Made by a program: the position numbers and the translations under genes. From NCBI GenBank assembly GCA_035485835.1, contig DATHNR010000301.1:1-45537 (forward strand): a DNA stretch of 45,537 bases, read 5' to 3'. Below, piece by piece: positions 1 to 8,940 of the stretch (the first letter of the stretch is position 1; the number at the start of each line of letters is the position of its first letter). This DNA is from Puia sp. (GTDB lineage: Bacteria > Bacteroidota > Bacteroidia > Chitinophagales > Chitinophagaceae). A model generated the notes under the pieces. The model worked only from the letters and a program-made list of their open reading frames with translations. It was not told the DNA's origin and did no database searches.

Positions 1-822
1 CTTACTTTTTCATCAACAATGGATCAAAACATTGCAGGGTTAAACTTTGAAAAATTGAAAATGCGACTGAAAGACAGTAGTTATAGAAAGATTTTTATTG
101 GTAAGTATGGATATTTTCAACTAAACCCATCTTCAGTCCGCATCGGGCAGATAAATTATGTAAAAGACAGCTTTTCAATTTCACTGGGCATATCCTGCAG
201 ACCTCAGTTCAGTTCTGATCCTGTAAACCATTTTCCAGAACCAGCGACCCTGCCAGCCTTATTGCAAACGGATAACAGAAATGGTATTCGCTTATACATG
301 AATGTGAATTATGATTATGAATTTCTAAATAATATTTTGCGGGATAGTCTCCATAATAAAGTTTTTGAAGTAAGAGGAAGAACGATCGTTATAAAAGATG
401 CAACTGTACGTAGTATCGGAAATCACCAGATAGAACTGCAAATTGATTTTGCAGGAAGTAACCATGGAAGTATCTTCCTACGGGGAACACCTGTACTTGA
501 TACTGCAAAACAAACTTTGAGTTTACCAGATATTCAGTATTCTCTTGAAGGGGAAGATTTGGCATTAAAAATCGCCAGAAGTCTATTTAGAAATAAGATC
601 CGCAAATCGATTCAGGGAAAATCTTACCTGGACATCGAAGCACTTTTAAATGCGAATAAATCGATGATTGATCAGCTATTGAACAGGGAATGGATGCAGG
701 GAATTCATTCAGTCGGCTCATTGAAAGAAGCTAAAATCATTGGCATGTTAGTGACTCCGCAAAACATTCAGCTTCAAGTTTTTATAGAAGGTGAACTAAA
801 ATTATTGGGGGGCAACCTTTAA
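1..822 (+). CDS. DUF4403-like protein, 5'-truncated (C-terminal part)
   Basis: The frame is open from base 1 (LTFSSTM...), so the real start lies upstream. Motifs such as 'GSIFLRGTPVLD' and 'SLPDIQYSL' resemble DUF4403 proteins (recognition by eye). Confidence 0.65.
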   Translation, partial: LTFSSTMDQNIAGLNFEKLKMRLKDSSYRKIFIGKYGYFQLNPSSVRIGQINYVKDSFSISLGISCRPQFSSDPVNHFPEPATLPALLQTDNRNGIRLYMNVNYDYEFLNNILRDSLHNKVFEVRGRTIVIKDATVRSIGNHQIELQIDFAGSNHGSIFLRGTPVLDTAKQTLSLPDIQYSLEGEDLALKIARSLFRNKIRKSIQGKSYLDIEALLNANKSMIDQLLNREWMQGIHSVGSLKEAKIIGMLVTPQNIQLQVFIEGELKLLGGNL

Positions 823-898
823 CATAAGATTTACGTAAATTAATAAAGATGAAGTGGTTGCGCTATTAACTTCACCTTAGGAAAAGGCCTTAAAACCA

Positions 899-1489
899 TT
901 GATAAACGGTAACCATCAAATTAGCGCATTGATAGCTGGCTGCAGGCAAAATGACCGGGCCAGTCAAAAGGAATTGTATGAATTCCTGAAGGGATACGCC
1001 ATGAAAATATGCTATCGTTATCAACATAACCAATATCAGGTAGAAGAAATTGTTAATGAAGGGTTCACAAAATTTTTCAAAAATATTCATCAGTTTGACG
1101 AAAATCGTCACCTCGAAACTTCCATGGCCCTGAAAGGCTGGTTTAAGAGGATCCTTGTAAATACTTGCATCGATTATTACCGTAAAAATTCGGCTTATCT
1201 CCGTGGACAAACGCTTTCAGAAGAATCAGAAAAAATAGCTGATCATGGGGAAACCGGGATCGATAAACTGTCGTATAAAGAAATCATTGAAGCAATCCGT
1301 TTATTATCACCTGCCTACAGGACAGTGTTTAATCTATTTGTAATTGAAGGGATGTCGCACGAGGAAATTGGAAAACATTTAGGAATTTCTGTGGGTGCAT
1401 CCAAATCGAATTTATCAAAAGCAAGAGAAAACCTGAGGAAAATCTTGACAAAAAAAGCTGATGTAAAAACATATGTCGAACCTATCTGA
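899..1489 (+). CDS. ECF (sigma-70 group 4) RNA polymerase sigma factor
   Basis: Region 2 'EEIVNEGFTKFF...WFKRILVNTCIDYYRK'; region 4 'LSPAYRTVFNLFVIEGMSHEEIGKHLGISVGASKSNLSKAR'. TTG start. Confidence 0.95.
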   Translation: MINGNHQISALIAGCRQNDRASQKELYEFLKGYAMKICYRYQHNQYQVEEIVNEGFTKFFKNIHQFDENRHLETSMALKGWFKRILVNTCIDYYRKNSAYLRGQTLSEESEKIADHGETGIDKLSYKEIIEAIRLLSPAYRTVFNLFVIEGMSHEEIGKHLGISVGASKSNLSKARENLRKILTKKADVKTYVEPI

Positions 1490-2903
1490 TAAAGATATTG
1501 ACAGGATAAGCAGAGATGCGGCGGAGTTTTATGAACCCGATCATTCTTCTTTATCCTGGACCAAGCTCGAGCAGAAGCTTGTAGAGCAAATTCCTGAGCG
1601 GCCGCCTGATGGTTTTCGTTTCGGCCGAATCAATCCATATATGTGGGGATCGGCTATACTATTGATTACAGGGATTTCTTTTTTCGCAATTAAAAACATT
1701 TATTATAGCCAACATTCTACACGAACAAGTCACCGAATAGTCCAGGACCCCTCAACTTCATCATCTGATATTAAACGTGCAAATGGAAACACGATTCATT
1801 TGGATAGTGTTTCTTCAATTCATCATACTGATGCAGGAGTTATTCAGGGTTCAGATGTTGAAAAAAGTTCAGGAACTGGAACCAATTCTTTCGCTACCGA
1901 ATCTGCAAAAATTAAAAATCACAATTCAAATATCACAAGACCAAAATTTGTTTCGGACAACAAAAATTCAAAAACAAAACGCAGGAATTTTCAAGCTTTA
2001 GCTTCTTCCGGGGGAATTGTATCCTATAGATCAGATCTGATAAATGCCTCAAACGACAAAGAAGCGAATAATAAGGATACACAGGAAAGTACAAACACTC
2101 CAAGTATTTCTTCTATATCCAATGGATTAGATGAAAAAAGCAATGCCCAAAGGGATAAAAACCAACTCAGTTTGCCCTCTGTTGTTTCTTCGACTACTGT
2201 CCTGGGCAAAGTGACAGGGAACGACTCACTTTTGAATCAGCTCTCCCACACTAAGACACCTATATCGTACAGAGCTCTGCGAATAAACCGCTCTCTAAAT
2301 TTTGGTTTGACATTCGGACCTGACTATACGGATGCCGGAGGAATTTCAAATGACCAGCTTGGAAATAATATCGGACTCACAATTGGTTATTATCTCACAA
2401 ATAAAATCTCCATAAACTCCGGCATGATATATACCAATAAATTTTACTGGGCACCCGGTCAAAGTACGGGCAGGTCAGTAAATACTACAACAATGTTTGC
2501 AGCTCCGCCTCCAATAGAATATATAAACGGATCATCGAATATGTGGGAACTCCCTCTGACTCTTCGCTATGATTTTGCAAAAAACGAAAAAACTAAATTT
2601 TTTGCGAATGCAGGTTTCTCGTCCTATTTCATAATGAAACAAACCTATATTTATTTCTTTCATAATGGGCTGAGACCTTTAGCGTATAAAGTAGAAAATG
2701 ATGAACAGGTAAATTATTGGTTTAAAGTGGCTAACATTTCATTGGGTATGGAATCTGATATTGGAAAAGGATTTTCATTTCAGGCAGAACCTTTCCTCAA
2801 ACTTCCACTCAAAAACATGGGTATTGATAATCTGAAGCTTAACAGTTATGGATTCCTTTTATCATTCCGGTATACACCGATTTTAAACCGATCAAAAAAA
2901 TAA
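1473..2903 (+). CDS. Probable anti-sigma factor: N-terminal domain, TM helix, low-complexity linker and C-terminal outer-membrane beta-barrel
   Basis: Overlaps the sigma stop by 17 nt. TM segment 'YMWGSAILLITGISFFAI', S/T/N/K-rich linker, amphipathic strands ('GLTIGYYL', 'WELPLTLRY', 'FFANAGFS', 'YGFLLSFRY'). Confidence 0.8.
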   Translation: MSNLSDKDIDRISRDAAEFYEPDHSSLSWTKLEQKLVEQIPERPPDGFRFGRINPYMWGSAILLITGISFFAIKNIYYSQHSTRTSHRIVQDPSTSSSDIKRANGNTIHLDSVSSIHHTDAGVIQGSDVEKSSGTGTNSFATESAKIKNHNSNITRPKFVSDNKNSKTKRRNFQALASSGGIVSYRSDLINASNDKEANNKDTQESTNTPSISSISNGLDEKSNAQRDKNQLSLPSVVSSTTVLGKVTGNDSLLNQLSHTKTPISYRALRINRSLNFGLTFGPDYTDAGGISNDQLGNNIGLTIGYYLTNKISINSGMIYTNKFYWAPGQSTGRSVNTTTMFAAPPPIEYINGSSNMWELPLTLRYDFAKNEKTKFFANAGFSSYFIMKQTYIYFFHNGLRPLAYKVENDEQVNYWFKVANISLGMESDIGKGFSFQAEPFLKLPLKNMGIDNLKLNSYGFLLSFRYTPILNRSKK

Positions 2904-2906
2904 TAA

Positions 2907-3302
2907 TTATTTAAGTCCCTTAACCGGATCAAACCACAGTGGTTTGCTGTCGTTCCAGGATCCATTATAATTAATAAAAATTTCCTCAGCTTTCTTAATA
3001 TTACGAACAGTTTTTATCCGGATTACCGATAGTTCAAAATCCATTTCATATTCGGCATTTGAATGAAAATCGTGGTTATAAATAGACAAATAACCCAATC
3101 CCACACAGCATTCATTTTCGGTCTTGCCCCATAAAAATATATAATCGTGAAGGAGGGTTTGATCCAGGAGTTTTCTTTCATCATTATTCATCACTATGAC
3201 GGGTGAAACCTCAATAAGTTTTCCGGTTGTAAGGTCTTTGTTCGTAAAAACGCCCCGCCCACGGCCGGGTGAATCAGCAATAAATAAACATGATAAAATC
3301 AT
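2907..3302 (-). CDS. SET domain protein (putative lysine methyltransferase)
   Basis: 'GRGRGVF' motif I, 'YNHD..SNA' (NHS-like) and 'EEIFINY'. Start moved to ATG 3302 because the longer ORF overlaps mgtE. Confidence 0.88.
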   Translation of the reverse strand: MILSCLFIADSPGRGRGVFTNKDLTTGKLIEVSPVIVMNNDERKLLDQTLLHDYIFLWGKTENECCVGLGYLSIYNHDFHSNAEYEMDFELSVIRIKTVRNIKKAEEIFINYNGSWNDSKPLWFDPVKGLK

Positions 3303-3371
3303 AATGCAATTTAAACCGCCGGAATCCGACAAAGTGGGCCTTTTCAAACGCAATTTATCAAGGCTTCGCTG

Positions 3372-3379
3372 TAAATTTG
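3372..3379 (+). promoter_or_regulatory. Bacteroidota -7 promoter element for mgtE
   Basis: TAAATTTG matches TAnnTTTG, 4 nt before the ATG. Confidence 0.55.
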
Positions 3380-3383
3380 AAGA

Positions 3384-4790
3384 ATGACCGTCGAAACCGA
3401 AAATACCCCGCTTAAATATCAATTTTTGGAGGCCCTCCAATCAAACGATCTGGAATCATTACACACGTTTCTGGATAACCAGAATATTAGTGATGTGGCG
3501 GAACTTATCTATGAATTCCCGGAGCATGAGGGTGAAATTCTTGGCAACCTGAGTATTCATCGGGCAATAAGCACATTTAAAATTTTGGATTTCGCGATAC
3601 AGAAACGCATTATTCAGGAACTCTCTCCATCCAAAACTGCTGAATTACTCAACGGACTCCCCGCGGATGACCGCACTTCTTTTTTAGAGGACCTGCCAAA
3701 CGAAGTGGTGAAAGAGCTAATAAAAATGCTTGACCCTGAAGAACGTAAGATCACCTTGTCTCTTTTGGGTTATCCGGAAAGCAGTGTGGGAAGATTAATG
3801 ACACCTGATTATATAGCTGTTCAAAAGGATTGGACCATACGACAGGTTATCCGGCATATCCGCGACGTTGGCAAAGACAGCGAAACCATCGATGTCATTT
3901 ATGTAGTTGATGAAAAGGGTATATTCATCGATGATATTAAAATCCGTGAAATCATTCTTGCTGACCCGGATAAGAAAGTTGAGGATGTAATCGACAACAG
4001 GTTTATTTATCTCAATGTAAATGATGATCAGGAGACTGCCAACCAGGCTTTCAAAATGAATAATCGAATGGCATTGCCGGTGCTTGATAACAACAAACTT
4101 TTGCTGGGTATTGTAACCATTGATGATGTATTGTGGGTAGCCACGGAAGAATTTACTGAGGATATTCAGAAAATTGGAGGAACAGAAGCTCTCGATCATC
4201 CATATCTTGAAACACCATTCTTTCAGTTAATCAGGAAAAGAGTGGGTTGGCTGATTATACTTTTTTTAAGTGAAATGCTGACCGCTACAGCAATGGCTTA
4301 TTATAACGACGAGCTGGCAAAATGGATTATCCTTACCAATTTTATTCCGTTAATCATGTCAAGTGGTGGTAATAGTGGTTCCCAGGCGTCTACTCTCATC
4401 ATTCAGGCTATGGCACTTGGAGAAGTAACCCTTAAAGACTGGTGGCGGGTTATGCGAAGGGAAATTCTTTCAGGTTTTATGCTGGGTGCAATACTTGGTC
4501 TTATAGGATTTATAAGGATTTTTGTATGGCATTTACTAATGGTCCGTGGCGTTTTTAAAGATATATACGGATTTCACTGGGATGCAATCGGTCTCTCCGT
4601 TAGCTTTTCACTGGTCGGCGTAGTCCTTTGGGGTACACTTGCCGGAAGTATGTTACCCATCATATTAAAAAAACTAGGCGCCGATCCCGCCTCTTCATCG
4701 GCCCCCTTTGTGGCAACATTGGTGGACGTTACAGGTCTCATAATATATTTTACTGTGGCTTCAATATTTATGATGAATATTTTACTATAA
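3384..4790 (+). CDS. mgtE: Magnesium transporter MgtE
   Basis: MgtE N domain, tandem CBS ('VGRLMTPDY', 'LLGIVTIDD'), TM domain with 'GGNSGSQ' and 'DPASSSAPFVATLVDVTG'. Confidence 0.97.
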   Translation: MTVETENTPLKYQFLEALQSNDLESLHTFLDNQNISDVAELIYEFPEHEGEILGNLSIHRAISTFKILDFAIQKRIIQELSPSKTAELLNGLPADDRTSFLEDLPNEVVKELIKMLDPEERKITLSLLGYPESSVGRLMTPDYIAVQKDWTIRQVIRHIRDVGKDSETIDVIYVVDEKGIFIDDIKIREIILADPDKKVEDVIDNRFIYLNVNDDQETANQAFKMNNRMALPVLDNNKLLLGIVTIDDVLWVATEEFTEDIQKIGGTEALDHPYLETPFFQLIRKRVGWLIILFLSEMLTATAMAYYNDELAKWIILTNFIPLIMSSGGNSGSQASTLIIQAMALGEVTLKDWWRVMRREILSGFMLGAILGLIGFIRIFVWHLLMVRGVFKDIYGFHWDAIGLSVSFSLVGVVLWGTLAGSMLPIILKKLGADPASSSAPFVATLVDVTGLIIYFTVASIFMMNILL

Positions 4791-4839
4791 ACCAGCAACC
4801 GATAAGGGCGATTTTATAAAATAACTATAAAAGTTCATT

Positions 4840-6675
4840 ATGTGTGGAATTGTAGCTTATATCGGTCCAAGAGAGGCGTACCCTGTTATCATGAAGGGCC
4901 TGAAAAGACTTGAATACCGGGGTTATGACAGTGCCGGTGTTGCACTGCTGGATAAAGATCTGAGGGTGTATAAAAAACAGGGACGGGTAGCCGCATTGGA
5001 AGATAGTATCATCGGTAAAGACTTACATGCACATGCAGGCATCGGACATACGCGTTGGGCCACTCATGGCGAACCCAGCGATCGAAATGCCCATCCCCAT
5101 CTTTCAGCAAGCGGTAGACTGGCAATGATTCACAACGGTATTATTGAAAATTATAACCAGCTGAAAACAGAACTCACAAAAAAGGGATATAGTTTTAAAA
5201 GCGATACTGATACAGAAGTACTACTTAATTTTATTGAAGACATCCAGGAAAATAATAGCTGTAGTCTTGAGGAATCTTTACGCATTGCACTTAAGAGGGT
5301 GACCGGCGCATATGTAATCGTTCTCTTGGACCGGGATCATCCGGACACAATAATCGCAGCTAGGAAGGGCAGCCCACTGGTAATTGGTATCGGCAAAGGA
5401 GAACATTTTTTAGCCTCCGATGCATCTCCAATTATCGAATACACTAAAGAAGTGGTTTACGTTAATGACTATGAACTTGCAATAATAAAATGTGATGAAC
5501 TGATATTAAAAAATCTGGGTAATGAAAAGATCACGCCTTTTGTACAGAAACTCGATCTCGAACTGACAGCCATTGAAAAAGGTGGCTATGAATATTTCAT
5601 GCTTAAAGAAATATTTGAACAACCCGAAACAATTTTCGATTGCCTGCGGGGAAGGTTGGATGTAACAAAAGGAACCATCACAATGGCTGGTGTTCAAAAT
5701 AATATTGAGAAACTGACTAACGCAAGAAGAATTATAATGGTAGCATGCGGTACCAGTTGGCATGCAGGTCTAATAGCTGAATATGTTATAGAGGAAATTT
5801 GCAGAATACCGGTAGAAGTGGAATATGCTTCGGAATTCAGGTATCGTAATCCCGTGATCAATCAGGGTGATGTAATTTTTGCAATCTCACAAAGTGGTGA
5901 AACTGCAGATACCATTGTGGCCATTGAGAAGGCTAAAGAACAGGGTGCTTTTATTTTTGGTGTTGTAAATGTAGTCGGCTCTTCTATTGCCCGCATTTCA
6001 CATGCAGGCGCTTATACTCATGCAGGGCCCGAAATTGGAGTTGCCAGTACAAAAGCATTTACAGCGCAGATGGTGGTCCTGATTATGATTGCATTGAAAA
6101 TAGCTCATGAAAAACAAACCATAACAGAAGACAGATATATTCAACTTCTTGCTGAATTACACTCCATTCCTGAGAAAGTAAAAGAATTATTAAGAACATC
6201 CGAACATATCCGTAATCTGGCGTTGAAATATAAAAATGTAAAAGATGCATTATACCTTGGCCGTGGTAATAATTTCCCGGTTGCACTGGAAGGAGCCCTC
6301 AAATTAAAAGAGATTTCATATATCCATGCCGAAGGTTATCCAGCTGCTGAAATGAAACATGGACCGATCGCGCTTGTAGATGAGAATTTGCCTGTGATTT
6401 TTGCAGCACCGAAGAGCTTCTATCATGAAAAACTCGTCAGTAATATCCAGGAAATTAAAGCCAGGAAAGGAAAGGTCCTTGCAGTCATTAGCGAAGGGGA
6501 TGAAGTGATTGAGAAAATGGCTGATGATATAATGACTGTACCCTTAGCCGATGAGTTGATTTCTCCACTTCTTTCAGTGATTCCTTTGCAACTGTTTGCA
6601 TGCTACCTTGGAATGGCAAAAGGATATGATGTTGATAAACCTCGTAACCTTGCTAAAAGCGTAACCGTAGAATAA
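4840..6675 (+). CDS. glmS: Glutamine--fructose-6-phosphate transaminase (isomerizing)
   Basis: 'MCGIV', 'LEYRGYDSAG', 'GHTRWATHG', SIS domains, C-terminal 'PRNLAKSVTVE'. Confidence 0.99.
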   Translation: MCGIVAYIGPREAYPVIMKGLKRLEYRGYDSAGVALLDKDLRVYKKQGRVAALEDSIIGKDLHAHAGIGHTRWATHGEPSDRNAHPHLSASGRLAMIHNGIIENYNQLKTELTKKGYSFKSDTDTEVLLNFIEDIQENNSCSLEESLRIALKRVTGAYVIVLLDRDHPDTIIAARKGSPLVIGIGKGEHFLASDASPIIEYTKEVVYVNDYELAIIKCDELILKNLGNEKITPFVQKLDLELTAIEKGGYEYFMLKEIFEQPETIFDCLRGRLDVTKGTITMAGVQNNIEKLTNARRIIMVACGTSWHAGLIAEYVIEEICRIPVEVEYASEFRYRNPVINQGDVIFAISQSGETADTIVAIEKAKEQGAFIFGVVNVVGSSIARISHAGAYTHAGPEIGVASTKAFTAQMVVLIMIALKIAHEKQTITEDRYIQLLAELHSIPEKVKELLRTSEHIRNLALKYKNVKDALYLGRGNNFPVALEGALKLKEISYIHAEGYPAAEMKHGPIALVDENLPVIFAAPKSFYHEKLVSNIQEIKARKGKVLAVISEGDEVIEKMADDIMTVPLADELISPLLSVIPLQLFACYLGMAKGYDVDKPRNLAKSVTVE

Positions 6676-6680
6676 ATTTC

Positions 6681-8933
6681 ATGAATCAGATTACAAAAAC
6701 GCCGCTTCGCAATCTAGGGTATGATTTTATTCCTGCCGAATATCTTCCCGAAGGAAAGGATGAATACTATTTGCGGAACGAACAAAATAAACCTTCTCCA
6801 TTATACAGACATCTTAAGCTGGATGAAGTGGAGGAATTAAAGAAAAACGGAAACAATTCCGACGACTGGAGTCTTGTTATGGTTTCTGGTAATTTTCTTC
6901 CGGAACTTATTCATAATTGTAATTTCTATGGCTTGGTCCGAATCGGTATCCTTGAACCCTATTACCTCGAATTCCATAATCTCCGCAGACCTGTCGGATT
7001 TTATAACAGCACAATAATTAGTTGCGATATTGGAAATAATGTGGTAATTGATAACGTGAGCTATTTATCTCACTATATTATTGGCAACGATGTAATTCTG
7101 ATCAATGTAAATGAAATAGAAACGACTGACCACGCCAAATTCGGAAATGGAATTTTGAAAGATGGAGAGCCTGAATCAATCCGTATAGAATTGGAAGTAT
7201 GTAATGAAAATGGCGGCCGCAGTATTATTCCTTTCGACGGAATGCTACCGGGAGATGCCTGGTTATTCAGCAGATATCGCGACGACCGGATTCTACAGGA
7301 AAAGCTTCGCTACTTCAGTAATAAACAATTTGACAGCCGACGGGGATTTTATGGTACAATCGGTGATCGTACAGTTATAAAAAATTGCAAAATAGTTAAA
7401 GACGTCAGGATAGGAACCGATGCCTATCTGAAAGGTGCAAACAAGCTGAAAAACCTTACTATTAATTCTTCGGCTGAATCTAAAACACAAATTGGAGAAG
7501 GCTGTGAACTTGTAAACGGAATCATAGGTCATGGCTGCAGGATTTTTTATGGAGTGAAAGCAGTTCGATTTATACTGGCTTCCAATTCCCAGTTGAAATA
7601 TGGAGCCCGGCTCATTAATTCTTATCTCGGAAATAATTCCACTATTTCCTGCTGTGAAGTATTGAATTCCCTTATTTTTCCGGCACATGAACAACACCAC
7701 AATAATTCATTTTTATGCGCTTCCCTTTTGAGGGGTCAAACTAATATGGCCGCAGGCGCAACTATTGGATCCAATCATAATTCAAGAGGTGCCGACGGAG
7801 AACTGATCGCAGGGCGCGGATTCTGGCCAGGACTCTGTGTCAGTGTAAAACATAATTCGCGTTTTGCTTCATTTATAATCATGGCCAAAGGAGACTATCC
7901 TGCAGAATTGGATATTCCACTACCTTTTTCCTTAGTAAGTAATGATAATTCAAAAGATGAATTATTGGTAATGCCAGCTTACTGGTTCCTGCATAATATG
8001 TATGCTCTTGCCAGAAATGCCTGGAAATATGCTGACCGCGATAAAAGACTGGAAAAAATTCAGTTGCTTGAATATGACTATCTGGCGCCCGATAGTTTAC
8101 AGGAACTTGCCACAGCTATAGAAAAACTTCAACTGATCGTAGCCAGGTCCTGGTTGAGACATAAAAATCAGGTTTCAGATAAAGAAGGAGAGGAAAATGA
8201 CTCTTTGAATCTATTTTCAGACGATGCAGCATTAAAAATGCATGGTAAACAATTATTAGAAAACAAAGACGCATCACTAAACTCTGTAACATTCTTAGCT
8301 GAAGGATTTGAAAATAGTTTTCGTAAGGTGCGCATACTTAAGCTCGTAAAGGGATATTCGATTTACAAGGAATTAATTATTCATTATGCGCTTGAACAAA
8401 TACTCGATGATATAAAAAGCGGGGAATTTAAAAATCTGGCTGATTTGCAGGAATCACTTCCAGAAAATAAAATTCCTGTGACCTGGATAAACGTTGGCGG
8501 ACAGCTCATTAAAAAAACAGCACTGGATAAAATTCTTGTCGATATTCGCCAGAACCAGATTGATGGCTGGAAAGGTATTCATCAGTTTTATTTAAATGAA
8601 GGTAAAAATTATAAAACCGATAAATTGCATCACGCACTTGATATTCTATGGAAGGTAAATGGCATATCCATTAAAAATATTAAACCGATAGAATTCAAAG
8701 AACTTCTGTATCAAACCATGCAGACTGCCGAATGGATTACCAAAGGTATTTACAGTTCAAGAGAAAAAGACTATCTGAATCCATTCCGTAGAATGGTCTA
8801 TGAAAACCAGGCTGAAATGGACCAGGTAATCGGAAAACTTGACGAAAACACCTTTATTAAAAATCAGGATATGGCTTTTAGAGAATATCAGTCGACGATA
8901 CTAAACCTTATTGAAAAATGGAAACTTAACTGA
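6681..8933 (+). CDS. DUF4954-like protein with left-handed beta-helix-type repeats
   Basis: 750 aa, starts 5 nt after the glmS stop. Hexapeptide-like repeats ('IGDRTVIKNC', 'IGEGCELVNGIIGHGC'), 'HEQHHNNSFL', 'AAGATIGSNHNSR'. Confidence 0.75.
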   Translation: MNQITKTPLRNLGYDFIPAEYLPEGKDEYYLRNEQNKPSPLYRHLKLDEVEELKKNGNNSDDWSLVMVSGNFLPELIHNCNFYGLVRIGILEPYYLEFHNLRRPVGFYNSTIISCDIGNNVVIDNVSYLSHYIIGNDVILINVNEIETTDHAKFGNGILKDGEPESIRIELEVCNENGGRSIIPFDGMLPGDAWLFSRYRDDRILQEKLRYFSNKQFDSRRGFYGTIGDRTVIKNCKIVKDVRIGTDAYLKGANKLKNLTINSSAESKTQIGEGCELVNGIIGHGCRIFYGVKAVRFILASNSQLKYGARLINSYLGNNSTISCCEVLNSLIFPAHEQHHNNSFLCASLLRGQTNMAAGATIGSNHNSRGADGELIAGRGFWPGLCVSVKHNSRFASFIIMAKGDYPAELDIPLPFSLVSNDNSKDELLVMPAYWFLHNMYALARNAWKYADRDKRLEKIQLLEYDYLAPDSLQELATAIEKLQLIVARSWLRHKNQVSDKEGEENDSLNLFSDDAALKMHGKQLLENKDASLNSVTFLAEGFENSFRKVRILKLVKGYSIYKELIIHYALEQILDDIKSGEFKNLADLQESLPENKIPVTWINVGGQLIKKTALDKILVDIRQNQIDGWKGIHQFYLNEGKNYKTDKLHHALDILWKVNGISIKNIKPIEFKELLYQTMQTAEWITKGIYSSREKDYLNPFRRMVYENQAEMDQVIGKLDENTFIKNQDMAFREYQSTILNLIEKWKLN

Positions 8934-8940
8934 CCTGTCA

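Noticed and set aside
3303-3383. M-box or other Mg2+ riboswitch upstream of mgtE
   Set aside because: The gap is 81 nt and the -7 element sits 4 nt from the ATG, leaving no leader.
3303-3440. Extended N-terminus of the SET ORF in the track
   Set aside because: Overlaps the mgtE start and promoter; the SET motifs begin right after ATG 3302.
4791-4839. glmS ribozyme upstream of glmS
   Set aside because: The gap is only 49 nt, too short, and I see no ribozyme core.
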